Positions 19,321 through 28,354 of a stretch of 64,000 nucleotides of DNA are shown piece by piece (position 1 is the first letter of the stretch; every line of letters starts with the position of its first letter). The DNA lies in assembly GCA_014239775.1 (NCBI GenBank), contig JAAZYG010000023.1, positions 223-64,222 on the forward strand, given 5' to 3'. A program made the translations under genes and the position numbers. The stretch comes from Candidatus Uhrbacteria bacterium (lineage in GTDB: Bacteria > Patescibacteriota > Patescibacteriia > UBA9934 > GWF2-40-263). The notes beneath the pieces were generated by a model. The model searched no databases and was not told the origin of the DNA. It worked only from the letters and a program-made list of their open reading frames with translations.

Positions 19321-20661
19321 TTGATTATGATTAAAAATTTGATACGTAGACTCATTCCAGGTTCATTCATGTATTACTATCATTACTGTTTGGCACGTAG
19401 CGCGTCATTTATTTATGGAAATCCATCAAAAGACCTTATTGTAATAGGTGTAACTGGTACTAATGGAAAGTCATCTACAGTGCAGTATATTGGTCAAATT
19501 CTTGAGGGTTTAGGTAATAAAGTTGGTTGGACAACAACTGTAAGTTTTAAGATTGGTGAAAAAGAGTGGGTGAATGACCATAAAATGACAATGCTTGGTA
19601 GGTTTAAAACACAAAAACTTCTAAGAGAGATGGTATCTGCAGGATGTGCTTATGCTGTTGTAGAGACATCTTCACAAGGAATATTACAAAGTAGGCATGT
19701 TGGAATTGATTATGATTTAGCTGTATTTACAAATTTAACACCATAGCATATTGAGGCACATGGTGGTTTTGAAAATTATAAAAAAGCAAAAGGCGAACTT
19801 TTTAAGCTTATTAGTGGGTTAAAAATAAAAGAAATTAATAATCATAAAATAAAAAAAGCATCTGTTGTAAATTTGATGGATGAGCACTCTGATTATTTTT
19901 TAGGGTTTAAAGCTGGAAAGTTGTATGGGTATACTGATAATAGTGACTTAAAGGATGGTGTTGAAGTGATTAATGCACAGAATGTAATACATAGTTTGAG
20001 TGGTACAACGTTTGATATTTCTAATAGTAAGTTTAATTTTACTCCTATTGGTAGGTTTAATTTTGAGAATATATTAGCGGCCATTTCAGCATGTCATGTA
20101 TTAGGTTTTGGTTTTGATGAAATAAGTAATGTAATCAAAAATGTTAATTCTGTTGAGGGAAGATTTGAAATTATTGATTTAGGCCAAGATTTTACGGTTA
20201 TAGTTGATTATGCGTACGAGCCTGCAGGATTAAATGCTTTATATAAAACATTAGATTTGTTTGAGTATAATAATGTTATTCATGTAGTTGGTTCAGCTGG
20301 AGGTGGACGAGATGTTGCAAGGCGTGAGGTGTTAGGTAAGATGTGTGCAAAACATGATGGTATTGTTATTGTTACAAATGAAGATCCATACGATGAAGAC
20401 CCTATGATAATAATTAATGATGTTGCAAGTTCTGCAAAGTCCTTTGGAAAGACTGATGGAAAAGATTTATTTAGGATATTAGATCGAAGAGAGGCAATTG
20501 AAAAAGCCATTACATTGGCAAAAAAAGGAGATGTAGTACTGATAACAGGTAAAGGTAGTGAGCCAGTCATGGCTGTTGCAGATGGAAAGAAAATTGCATG
20601 GGATGATCGTGTTGTAGTTAAAGATATTTTGAACAAAACAATAAACCGATATGAAAGTTGA
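19321..20661 (+). pseudogene. murE: MurE-type Mur ligase interrupted by in-frame TAG at 19744-19746; N-terminal domain short/absent
   Basis: ORFs 19321..19746 and 19873..20661 share a frame. Together they read IGVTGTNGKSS...AVFTNLTP*HIEAHG...YKKAKGELF...VVDYAYEPAGL...GSAGGGRD...TNEDPYDEDP. Confidence 0.7.
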
Positions 20662-21151
20662 GAATTTGTTTCAATTAAAACCACATGAAGAAATAATAGA
20701 AGTAATTCGTGAGTCTATTTATTTTCATTTATTAAAATTTGTATTAATTATTTTTTGGTTATTATTACCATTTTTATTTTTGTTTCCATTATTTAGAGAG
20801 GGTACATGGGGAATTATTTTATTTTTTATTGTTTTTTTATCAGGATTAATTGCATTCATTAGAAAAAGTTATTGTTGGACTCGTACAGTTTTGGTTGTTA
20901 CAGATAAGCGTGTTATTGATTTAGAGCAAAAAGGTTTTTTTGATAAAGTGGTTACAGAGGCAACTTACAAGCAAATAGATGAAGTTACATATAGAATTAA
21001 AGGCTTTATTCCAACCATATTTAGATATGGCAAGGTTAGTTTGCATTTAGGTGGTTCAGCAGCTGATATTGAATTTTCTGCTATACAACAACCATCAAGA
21101 GTTCATGATTTAATTAATGATTTAAGAGATGAGTATGAAAAGAGGTCGTAA
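20651..21151 (+). CDS. Membrane protein with bacterial PH (bPH_2/DUF304-like) domain
   Basis: Two TM helices followed by VLVVTDKRVIDLEQKGFF...TYRIKGFIPTIFRYGKV. Confidence 0.45.
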   Translation: MKVENLFQLKPHEEIIEVIRESIYFHLLKFVLIIFWLLLPFLFLFPLFREGTWGIILFFIVFLSGLIAFIRKSYCWTRTVLVVTDKRVIDLEQKGFFDKVVTEATYKQIDEVTYRIKGFIPTIFRYGKVSLHLGGSAADIEFSAIQQPSRVHDLINDLRDEYEKRS

Positions 21152-21602
21152 GACAATTTTTCAGAAGGTTTTACATTGGAAATTCTTTTTTATTGTTAAT
21201 ATTATAATTGCAATTTTTATAGCTGGTACTTTAAGTAGAGAAATGTTACAAAAACAGGAGACTGATAAAGATATAGCGTACTTACAAGAACAGTCGAATG
21301 AATTAGTTGCAAGAAACATATCGCTCAGTGAAATTCAGACAGCAATACAGACAGAGTCGTTTATAGAGCGAGAAGCTAGGTTGAAATTAGGTATGAAAAA
21401 ACCTGGTGAATCAGTTGTGGTTATAAAAAAAAATGAAACAGATGATAATATTAATGAGCTAACAGAAGGTAATGATCCATTAAATCTTATAATTGATGAA
21501 ACAGATACGTTTTCTGTAGTTTCAAATACAAGTAAGTGGTGGTATTACTTTTTTAATAAAAAAGCTTTTGAGAAAATAAGAACATATGATAAACGAGAAT
21601 AA
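21129..21602 (+). CDS. FtsB/DivIC-like septum formation initiator
   Basis: N-terminal TM, coiled coil and YIEREARLKLGMKKPGESVV. Confidence 0.55.
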   Translation: MSMKRGRKTIFQKVLHWKFFFIVNIIIAIFIAGTLSREMLQKQETDKDIAYLQEQSNELVARNISLSEIQTAIQTESFIEREARLKLGMKKPGESVVVIKKNETDDNINELTEGNDPLNLIIDETDTFSVVSNTSKWWYYFFNKKAFEKIRTYDKRE

Positions 21603-22524
21603 TGATGGAGGTGTTGGTAGTAGCAATAATGTCAACTTGGAAAAAAAAAGAAAAAGTAAAAAAATAGTATTATTAATAATTGTTCTGTTGGTATTTGGAT
21701 ATGTTTCCATAAAACATGTTTATGGAAACTCAATAAGCAATGCCTACTCTCAAAGAATTATTAGTGTATTTCCACTACCTGCTGTAAAAATAAATAATAC
21801 TACAATTTCAATGAAGGATTATTTAAGTGAATACAAAGCAATTGAGAACTTTTTTAAAACATCTGAAGGTGGTGAGATGCCATCTGAGTCACAGTTGCAA
21901 GAAACAATATTAGATACCTTAATAAATAAGGCAATTATAAAGCAGCTTGGTTATAAAAATGGAATTGAGCTAGATAATGAAAAAGTGGAATCTTTTTATG
22001 CGGAGGTTTCGTCAGAAGGACAAGGTGTGGATGTGTTTAAGGAGGAATTGCGTCAAAATTTTGGTTGGACAGAAGATGAGTTTAAGAAAAGAATTGTTCA
22101 CTCAATCGTTTTTGCGCTACAAATGAATGAGTTTTATCTTTCTGATACAGATACTCAAATAGAACAGATTAATATTATCAACAAAGCACTTGAGCGACTT
22201 GTTGGAGGTGAAGATTTTTTTGAAGTTGCAAAGGAGGTTCATGGTAATTATGATGTTGTAATTGAAAGTGATCTAGGCTTTCAAGATCTATCAGAATTAT
22301 CAGATGAGGTAGTTTTATCTATACAAGATTTACAAGTAGGAGATATGACGGATGTTGTAGATTTGGGTGCTGCTTATGCAATATTTAAATTTGAAGATCA
22401 GGTGGTTGAATCTGAAGATGTAAAGGTGCACTTATTGAGAATAATAGTTCCAAAGAAAACACTTGAAGATGTTGTAACCGAATCATTAGAAGATGCAAAA
22501 ATAAAGAGATATATAAATAATTAG
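21586..22524 (+). CDS. Membrane-anchored SurA/PrsA-like chaperone with degenerate parvulin-like domain
   Basis: TM anchor, a SurA-N-like helical region and LQVGDMTDVVDLGAAYAIFKFE. Confidence 0.35.
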   Translation: MINENNDGGVGSSNNVNLEKKRKSKKIVLLIIVLLVFGYVSIKHVYGNSISNAYSQRIISVFPLPAVKINNTTISMKDYLSEYKAIENFFKTSEGGEMPSESQLQETILDTLINKAIIKQLGYKNGIELDNEKVESFYAEVSSEGQGVDVFKEELRQNFGWTEDEFKKRIVHSIVFALQMNEFYLSDTDTQIEQINIINKALERLVGGEDFFEVAKEVHGNYDVVIESDLGFQDLSELSDEVVLSIQDLQVGDMTDVVDLGAAYAIFKFEDQVVESEDVKVHLLRIIVPKKTLEDVVTESLEDAKIKRYINN

Positions 22525-22694
22525 AACATTATTGTATTAAATACGTCATATAATATACTTTAAAATATTTATATTTTATAAATATAAATAGTCCACTTGT
22601 GGTTGAGCGTTACCAAGGGTATTATGTATGTAGAAAAGTATATATTTTGATTAAATAGTTTGTTTTTCTAGTTGTTTATTTGAAATTTATAATC

Positions 22695-23375
22695 ATGATT
22701 AGATTAAAAAACGTAGCAAAAATTTATCCGCCTAACATAGTTGGCTTGGAAGGAGTTAGTTTGCATATTCAACCAGGTGAATTTGTGTCTGTTGTAGGTC
22801 AAAGTGGTACTGGAAAATCCACGTTGGCTAAGTTGTTGTTTGCTGAAGAACGACCCTCACGTGGTTGTATAGAGATTGGTGGATGGGATATATCTAGAAT
22901 AAAAGAAAAAGATATTCCAATTTTACGTAGGCAGATAGGTGTTGTGTTTCAGGATTTCAAACTTCTTCCAAAGAAGACTGTGTATGAAAATGTTGCTTTT
23001 GCACTTCAGGTGGCCGGTGAAAGACCTAGGCGGATTCGTGATGTTGTTCCTAGGGTTTTAAAAATTGTTAATTTGGATCAAAAAGCAGGTCGTTATCCTA
23101 CTCAGCTTTCAGGAGGTGAACAGCAACGTGTTGCAATTGCAAGGTCTTTGGTTCATCAACCAAAAGTACTTGTTGCAGATGAGCCTACTGGTAATTTAGA
23201 TGCTATTAATGCTAGAGATATAATTGATTTGCTGCAACGCATAAATGAATTTGGTACAACAGTATTGCTTGTTACACACAATAGAGAGGTTGTTAATAGA
23301 GTAAAGAAAAGAGTCATAACAATAGATGACGGTGTTATCGTGTCTGATATTGAGCAGGGACGTTATAAAATTTAG
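22695..23375 (+). CDS. ftsE: Cell division ABC ATPase
   Basis: MIRLKNVAKIY, GQSGTGKSTL, LSGGEQQRVAIARSL and LLVTH motifs. Confidence 0.85.
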   Translation: MIRLKNVAKIYPPNIVGLEGVSLHIQPGEFVSVVGQSGTGKSTLAKLLFAEERPSRGCIEIGGWDISRIKEKDIPILRRQIGVVFQDFKLLPKKTVYENVAFALQVAGERPRRIRDVVPRVLKIVNLDQKAGRYPTQLSGGEQQRVAIARSLVHQPKVLVADEPTGNLDAINARDIIDLLQRINEFGTTVLLVTHNREVVNRVKKRVITIDDGVIVSDIEQGRYKI

Positions 23376-23381
23376 GAGGAT

Positions 23382-24296
23382 ATGTTTGTTTCATCATACA
23401 GAATAACAAAATTTGCATTACAAAATTTTTGGAGAAATTTTTGGTTGTCAATTATAACATTGAGCATGCTTGTTTTGACATTGGTCACTATTAATATTTT
23501 ATTGGTATTAAATTTTGTTACTAATCAGGCAATACAAACAGTAGAAGAAAGAATAGAGGTTTCTGTATATTTTGATAAAGAGGTTGAGCAATCTACAGTT
23601 GATTCAGCTGTGGAATATTTGAGAGGCATATCACAGGTGCGTGATGTGGTTGTTGTTGATCCAGAAAAAGCATTAGAGAATTTTTCAAAAAATCACAAAG
23701 ATGATGAGTCTATAATGGCATCACTCGAAGAGTTGGATAGTAATCCATTTGGTCCTACATTGATAGTTAAATCATACACAGCAGAGGACTTTGATATTAT
23801 TTTAGATGCATTAGAGAATCCAGAGTTTTCTGATTTTATAAGAGAAAAGGATTTTTCTGATTATCAGGCAATAGTTTCGAGAATTAAGGATACTACTGAT
23901 AATATACGTTTTTTTGGTATGGTAATGTCCGCTGTATTTTTATTAATTGCAGTATTGATAGTGTTTAATACTGTTAGAATAGGTATATTTATTCATAAAG
24001 AAGAAATTGGAATAATGAAATTAGTTGGGGCCACTAATTGGTTTGTAAAGGCTCCGTTTATTTTAGAGATGATTATATTAAGTTTTGTTGCTGTTGGAAT
24101 TGTTGTTCTTGTCTCTTATCCAGTATTAGCTATTTTAGAATCTAAATTTGCATTATTTTTTGGGGGAGTACAAGTTGGTTTGATTAACTATTTTGAAATT
24201 AATGGTTTAAATATTTTTGGTACACAATTGATGGTATTGATTGCTATTACAGTAATTTCTACCTTGCTTGCCATGAGAAGATATTTGAAGGTTTAG
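23382..24296 (+). CDS. ftsX: Cell division permease
   Basis: FtsX topology with an extracellular domain and KLVGATNWFVKAPF. Confidence 0.8.
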   Translation: MFVSSYRITKFALQNFWRNFWLSIITLSMLVLTLVTINILLVLNFVTNQAIQTVEERIEVSVYFDKEVEQSTVDSAVEYLRGISQVRDVVVVDPEKALENFSKNHKDDESIMASLEELDSNPFGPTLIVKSYTAEDFDIILDALENPEFSDFIREKDFSDYQAIVSRIKDTTDNIRFFGMVMSAVFLLIAVLIVFNTVRIGIFIHKEEIGIMKLVGATNWFVKAPFILEMIILSFVAVGIVVLVSYPVLAILESKFALFFGGVQVGLINYFEINGLNIFGTQLMVLIAITVISTLLAMRRYLKV

Positions 24297-24435
24297 CTTG
24301 ACTTGGAGTTTTATGTGTGCTACTTTATTTTGTCTTACTTAATGGTTGTATATGTAAAAATATAGTCATAAAGTATGATAAAAGAGGTGAATTAGTCACC
24401 TTATTTCAGTACTCGTGTAGGTAAAAGGATATATA

Positions 24436-25467
24436 ATGAACAAAAAGTTCATTAAAAATGTAAGAGCTGTTATTCAGCGCGGTGTCATAATTTATGTGGC
24501 TCATGTGCCAGCTAGGGAGTTGGTGCCTATGTGTCAGGTGGATCACTATGACAGTGGTGGTGTTCAACGAAAGATTAACGATTCTCATGTTATTCATATT
24601 GCTGAAGCAATGTCTGATAAGAATACCATATGGCTTGATCCTGTTTTCGGCTCTTTGGTTGGAAATTGGAAGTTTAAGGAAGACATGCTTGTTGGTGATT
24701 CTGATGCAATGATTAGTCTTGATGACGGTCAGCATCGATGGAAAGCACTAGGCTCTGGACTTCTGGATGATGAGGAGATCGCAGAACTCCAATTTGAGAT
24801 TAAGGTGACACAGGGACTTGATAGAGATGCTAGGCTTCGAATTTTTCGTGCCCAGGCAGAGCGTCGGAGGATTGATCGCCGTCTTGATTTGGCTCAAAGG
24901 CATGAATTGGATGAGTGGCCAAGTTCTACACATAAGCATGCTTATGATGTGATTCTAGCATTAAACACTGACCCTACAAGTCCAATTAAGGGACGTGTTC
25001 AGCTTTTGGATACTCCCAGGCGCGGTTATCACAGGTGTGGTGGTCGTGATGTTATGTTGCCAAGTTCTGGGCTTCACAGTAGTCTCGTGATTGTTTTTGG
25101 ACGTAAGAGTCCGTTACATTCATTGGACCAACGTATTCAGAAACGTGTGATCATGGATATGATTCGCATTTCTTCACAGGTTTGGAGTAGTGCTTGGGAT
25201 AGTGATAAGCATATCCTAACAACTGCGCGTGGTATTAATGCACTACTGCGTTTGTGTATTAGCGGATCTGCTTTTAGAAGTGTTGTTGGAATTGATTTTC
25301 TTCCAGAGAAGATCGAAGAGGCATTTCGTTACGCAAGACGTTTTAGGTGGGCGGCTAGTAATTGGCAAAATAGGCCAACTAAAGTTGTTAGTGATTCGCT
25401 TAATCAGTGTATTGAGTCTGGTCTTTCGCGTGCAATGCGTAATGCATCGAGACCACACACACCGTAG
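24436..25467 (+). CDS. DGQHR-domain protein, DndB/DpdB-like (ParB-like fold), orphan
   Basis: DDGQHRW motif at 24721-24741 with the preceding QRKINDSHV and WLDPVFGSLVG blocks; the gene is visibly GC-richer than its flanks. Confidence 0.7.
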   Translation: MNKKFIKNVRAVIQRGVIIYVAHVPARELVPMCQVDHYDSGGVQRKINDSHVIHIAEAMSDKNTIWLDPVFGSLVGNWKFKEDMLVGDSDAMISLDDGQHRWKALGSGLLDDEEIAELQFEIKVTQGLDRDARLRIFRAQAERRRIDRRLDLAQRHELDEWPSSTHKHAYDVILALNTDPTSPIKGRVQLLDTPRRGYHRCGGRDVMLPSSGLHSSLVIVFGRKSPLHSLDQRIQKRVIMDMIRISSQVWSSAWDSDKHILTTARGINALLRLCISGSAFRSVVGIDFLPEKIEEAFRYARRFRWAASNWQNRPTKVVSDSLNQCIESGLSRAMRNASRPHTP

Positions 25468-25560
25468 TTTTTGAGATTTGAGGACTGGCCGTTTATTGAT
25501 TAATTCAGTAGACGGCTTTATTGTTTCTATAAAGATAAATTTAATTTAGGATCTAAGTAA

Positions 25561-25586
25561 AAACACCAGATATACTGGTGTCTTAA
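25561..25586 (-). terminator. Hairpin terminator downstream of tRNA-Gln
   Basis: acaccagatatactggtgt stem; U-run on the minus transcript. Confidence 0.5.
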
Positions 25587-25588
25587 CT

Positions 25589-25662
25589 TGGTTCCCGGAC
25601 AGGGATTCGAACCCCGACTACCTGGATCAAAACCAGGCGTCCTGCCATTAGACCATCCGGGA
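25589..25662 (-). tRNA. tRNA-Gln (anticodon UUG), CCA encoded
   Basis: Reverse complement TCCCGGATGGTCTAATGGCAGGACGCCTGGTTTTGATCCAGG...GGTTCGAATCCCTGTCCGGGAACCA has a UUUUGAU anticodon loop. Confidence 0.9.
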
Positions 25663-25768
25663 TGGTTGTGTGAACGTATAATGATATACGATCGAGATTA
25701 TAGTCTTTTTTGAGTTTTTTTTCAAGATGCAACGTTCTTCTTGAAATACACATCAAAAGAGGTTATTC

Positions 25769-26305
25769 TTGTTTAAGGATATTATAGCAAACAAAAACTT
25801 TTATATTTATATGAATAAAAAAATAGGTTTATTTTTGGGTAGATTTCAGCCGTTTCACAACGGACATCTTTTAGTTGTTGAAGGTATGACAAAGATGTGC
25901 GACGAGATAATTATTGGAATAGGAAGTTCAAATGCACAAAATGAACCAGATAATCCATTTACTGCTGAAGAGAGGCGGGATATGATCCAAAATACTCTAC
26001 AGTCAAAAGATTTAATTCCGATGTTTGATATAAGACTAATGGATTTTCCAGATCAAGAGAGTGATATAGAGTGGGCAGATCATGTGTTAGAGAGTGTAGG
26101 AGATATTGAAAAAGTTTGGACAGGGAACGAATTGACCAAAAAGTGTTTTGAAGGAAAAGTTGACATACAAAACATAGTAGAGGTTCCAGGAATTTCATCT
26201 ACAGAAATACGTGCACTTATGAAGTCTGGTGGGTATTGGGAAGAAAAGCTTCCAAATGAGGTTGTAAAGTACCTAAAGAGCATAGATGGCACAAAGAGAG
26301 TTTAG
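25769..26305 (+). CDS. nadM: Nicotinamide-nucleotide adenylyltransferase, archaeal type (TTG start with AGAGG SD; alternative ATG at 25811)
   Basis: GLFLGRFQPFHNGHLLVV cytidylyltransferase motif. Confidence 0.8.
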   Translation: MFKDIIANKNFYIYMNKKIGLFLGRFQPFHNGHLLVVEGMTKMCDEIIIGIGSSNAQNEPDNPFTAEERRDMIQNTLQSKDLIPMFDIRLMDFPDQESDIEWADHVLESVGDIEKVWTGNELTKKCFEGKVDIQNIVEVPGISSTEIRALMKSGGYWEEKLPNEVVKYLKSIDGTKRV

Positions 26306-26366
26306 ATAGATAAGGAGTCAGAAATGACTCTTTTTATCTAATTTTTAATTTTTAAATTATATTTAT

Positions 26367-27143
26367 ATGAGCAGAATTGAACTTGCAAAACAAATATCAA
26401 AAAAAGCAGGAGAAATGATAATGGAAATATATAAAAATTCAGAAAAAAATCACATACACTCAAAAGACCATACAGAAATTGTGACAGATTTGGATAAGGA
26501 GATCGATTTGATGATTAGAAGTAAAATTACAGAAGTTTTTCCTGAAGATGATTTGGTTACAGAGGAGTCAGAAAATTTAGATAATGTAGGTAATATTGTT
26601 TGGTATGTTGATCCAATTGATGGAACAGATAATTTTGTTTGGAATATTCCTTGTTTTTGTGTAAGTATTGCATTTGGAGATGAAGATGAGATTTTAGGTG
26701 GGGTTATATATGATCCAATTCAAGATGAGTTATTTGAAGCAGAAAAAGGTCATGGTGCAAAAATGAATGGACAAAATATAAAGGTTTCTAAAAGATCATT
26801 ATCCAATTTACAAATGCGAGGATTTGGAAGGGGCTATGAAAAAAAATATCAGGAACAAAATTTAAAGCTACATATGCAATTAAATGCTATGTATGAGAAA
26901 CAAAGAAATCTTGGCAGTGCTGCTATTATGCTTGCATATGTCTCTTGTGGACGACTTGATCTGGTTACACTAACAGGTACAAAACCATGGGATTCTGCTG
27001 CTGGTAGTATTTTGGTCAAAGAAGCTGGGGGAATTGTAACTAATTTTAAGGGTGGTTCTTGGTTGGTTAACGATGATAATATTATTGCTTCCAATAGCAC
27101 AGACCATGAAGCGTGTATAAGAATTACAAAAAATATAGTGTAA
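26367..27143 (+). CDS. suhB: Inositol monophosphatase family protein
   Basis: WYVDPIDGTDNFV and WDSAAG motifs. Confidence 0.8.
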   Translation: MSRIELAKQISKKAGEMIMEIYKNSEKNHIHSKDHTEIVTDLDKEIDLMIRSKITEVFPEDDLVTEESENLDNVGNIVWYVDPIDGTDNFVWNIPCFCVSIAFGDEDEILGGVIYDPIQDELFEAEKGHGAKMNGQNIKVSKRSLSNLQMRGFGRGYEKKYQEQNLKLHMQLNAMYEKQRNLGSAAIMLAYVSCGRLDLVTLTGTKPWDSAAGSILVKEAGGIVTNFKGGSWLVNDDNIIASNSTDHEACIRITKNIV

Positions 27144-27195
27144 GCATACTTGTGTTTAGGACAGGATGGTTATTTTTTGTATGGTTTTTTAGTGT

Positions 27196-27960
27196 ATGAA
27201 TAATATAATTCCAGTTTACAAACCTTTGGGACTTACATCGTTGCAATGTATAAAATTGTTGATGGAAAAATGTCCTGAGTTAAAAGATAAAAAAGCAACT
27301 TTTGCTGGTCGTCTCGATCCAATGGCAGAAGGTGTTCTTTTGGTTCTTCTTGATGAGGCAAGATTTGAAAAGGAAAAGTATTTAAATTTAAATAAGGTTT
27401 ATGAGGCTGATTTATTGTTTGGATTTAAGTCTGATACATATGATTTATTAGGTGAAATTATTAAGGTGAAAAAAAGTAATATAGATCAAACAAGCCTGAG
27501 TAAATATTTGGGTAAGTTAGTGGGGCAGTTTGAGCAGAAATTACCACCTTATTCATCTTTTAGGATAAAAGGTAAGTCATTATTTGAATGGTCTCGTGAA
27601 GGTAAAATTGATCAGATTGATATACCAACAAAAAACAGAGAAATATATTTAAGTGAGTTATTAGGTTTTTGGACAGAAGAAAGAATGGATTTATACAATA
27701 AAGTATCTAATAGAATTAATTTGGTTGATGGTGATTTTAGACAAAAAATAATTTTAGAAAAATGGAAGCAGTTTTTATTGGATGGTTCTAATTATAAATT
27801 ACAGTGTGCATCAATTCGGATTAATTGTTCATCCGGAACGTATATACGTTCAATAATTAATGACTTGGGTGATTTTTTAAATTGTGGTGCATTGTCATTG
27901 CGGATTAAGCGTATAAGTGTAGGAGAATTCAATGAGTCTGAGTGTGTATTTTTAAATTAG
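27196..27960 (+). CDS. truB: tRNA pseudouridine(55) synthase
   Basis: VYKPLGLTS...AGRLDPMAEGVLLV matches the TruB family. Confidence 0.8.
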   Translation: MNNIIPVYKPLGLTSLQCIKLLMEKCPELKDKKATFAGRLDPMAEGVLLVLLDEARFEKEKYLNLNKVYEADLLFGFKSDTYDLLGEIIKVKKSNIDQTSLSKYLGKLVGQFEQKLPPYSSFRIKGKSLFEWSREGKIDQIDIPTKNREIYLSELLGFWTEERMDLYNKVSNRINLVDGDFRQKIILEKWKQFLLDGSNYKLQCASIRINCSSGTYIRSIINDLGDFLNCGALSLRIKRISVGEFNESECVFLN

Positions 27961-27962
27961 GA

Positions 27963-27991
27963 TTGACAAAATGAATGTGTTGGTTTATATT
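27963..27991 (+). promoter_or_regulatory. Sigma70-type promoter TTGACA-17-TATATT
   Basis: Consensus hexamers immediately after the truB stop. Confidence 0.45.
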
Positions 27992-28079
27992 TGTAACTTC
28001 GTTCATTGAAAAAGACTTATCAAACGTAAGGGATTGTGTTTATATTAATTCCAAATAACATACAAAAAGGGGTAAATTA

Positions 28080-28208
28080 ATGAATTCAGAAAATGATTCA
28101 TGTTCAGCAACTGTATTTCAGGACGTTTGTCTTGCACTAAAGATAATCATAGCCACATCGTCAATTGCCATACTTATTATAGTTGTACTTGATAAGTTGT
28201 TTGTTTGA
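28080..28208 (+). CDS. 42-aa micro-protein with C-terminal TM helix (MNSENDSCSATVFQDVCLALKIIIATSSIAILIIVVLDKLFV)
   Basis: AAAGGGG SD 7 nt upstream, own promoter and own terminator; below the track cutoff. Confidence 0.35.
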   Translation: MNSENDSCSATVFQDVCLALKIIIATSSIAILIIVVLDKLFV

Positions 28209-28237
28209 TATTTACATTTTAGAGTGTGAATACGTGA

Positions 28238-28262
28238 TCCATATTTAATAATATGGTTTTTT
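28238..28262 (+). terminator. Rho-independent terminator
   Basis: ccatatt-taat-aatatgg hairpin followed by a T7 run. Confidence 0.55.
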
Positions 28263-28354
28263 TATTTGTTCGACATTTGTGTATGTGGTTGTTATACTAA
28301 TTTTCCAATAAGTATACCCCCTAGAGCAATGATTCTTGGGGGCATTTGGTATTT

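Noticed and set aside
19744-19746. In-frame TAG in murE as evidence of stop-codon reassignment
   Set aside because: TAG terminates several well-conserved genes in this window at the expected C-termini, so the code is standard; a lesion or error is the better explanation.
22566-22590. AT-only near-palindrome tatttatat-N7-atataaata upstream of ftsE
   Set aside because: Such palindromes arise frequently by chance in low-complexity AT-rich intergenic sequence; no supporting context.
24297-24306. 10-bp near-repeat cttgacttgg / cttaacttgg (the second at 25582..25591, spanning the tRNA-Gln CCA end) flanking the DGQHR islet, considered as att-site remnants
   Set aside because: A 9/10 match at this spacing is close to chance expectation in AT-rich DNA. 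The second copy covers only 3 nt of the tRNA itself, which is atypical for tRNA-targeting integrases, and no integrase is present.
24406-24939. Minus-strand ORFs (24406..24735, 24748..24939) inside the DGQHR gene
   Set aside because: Antisense to a gene carrying a clear family signature; no RBS or promoter.
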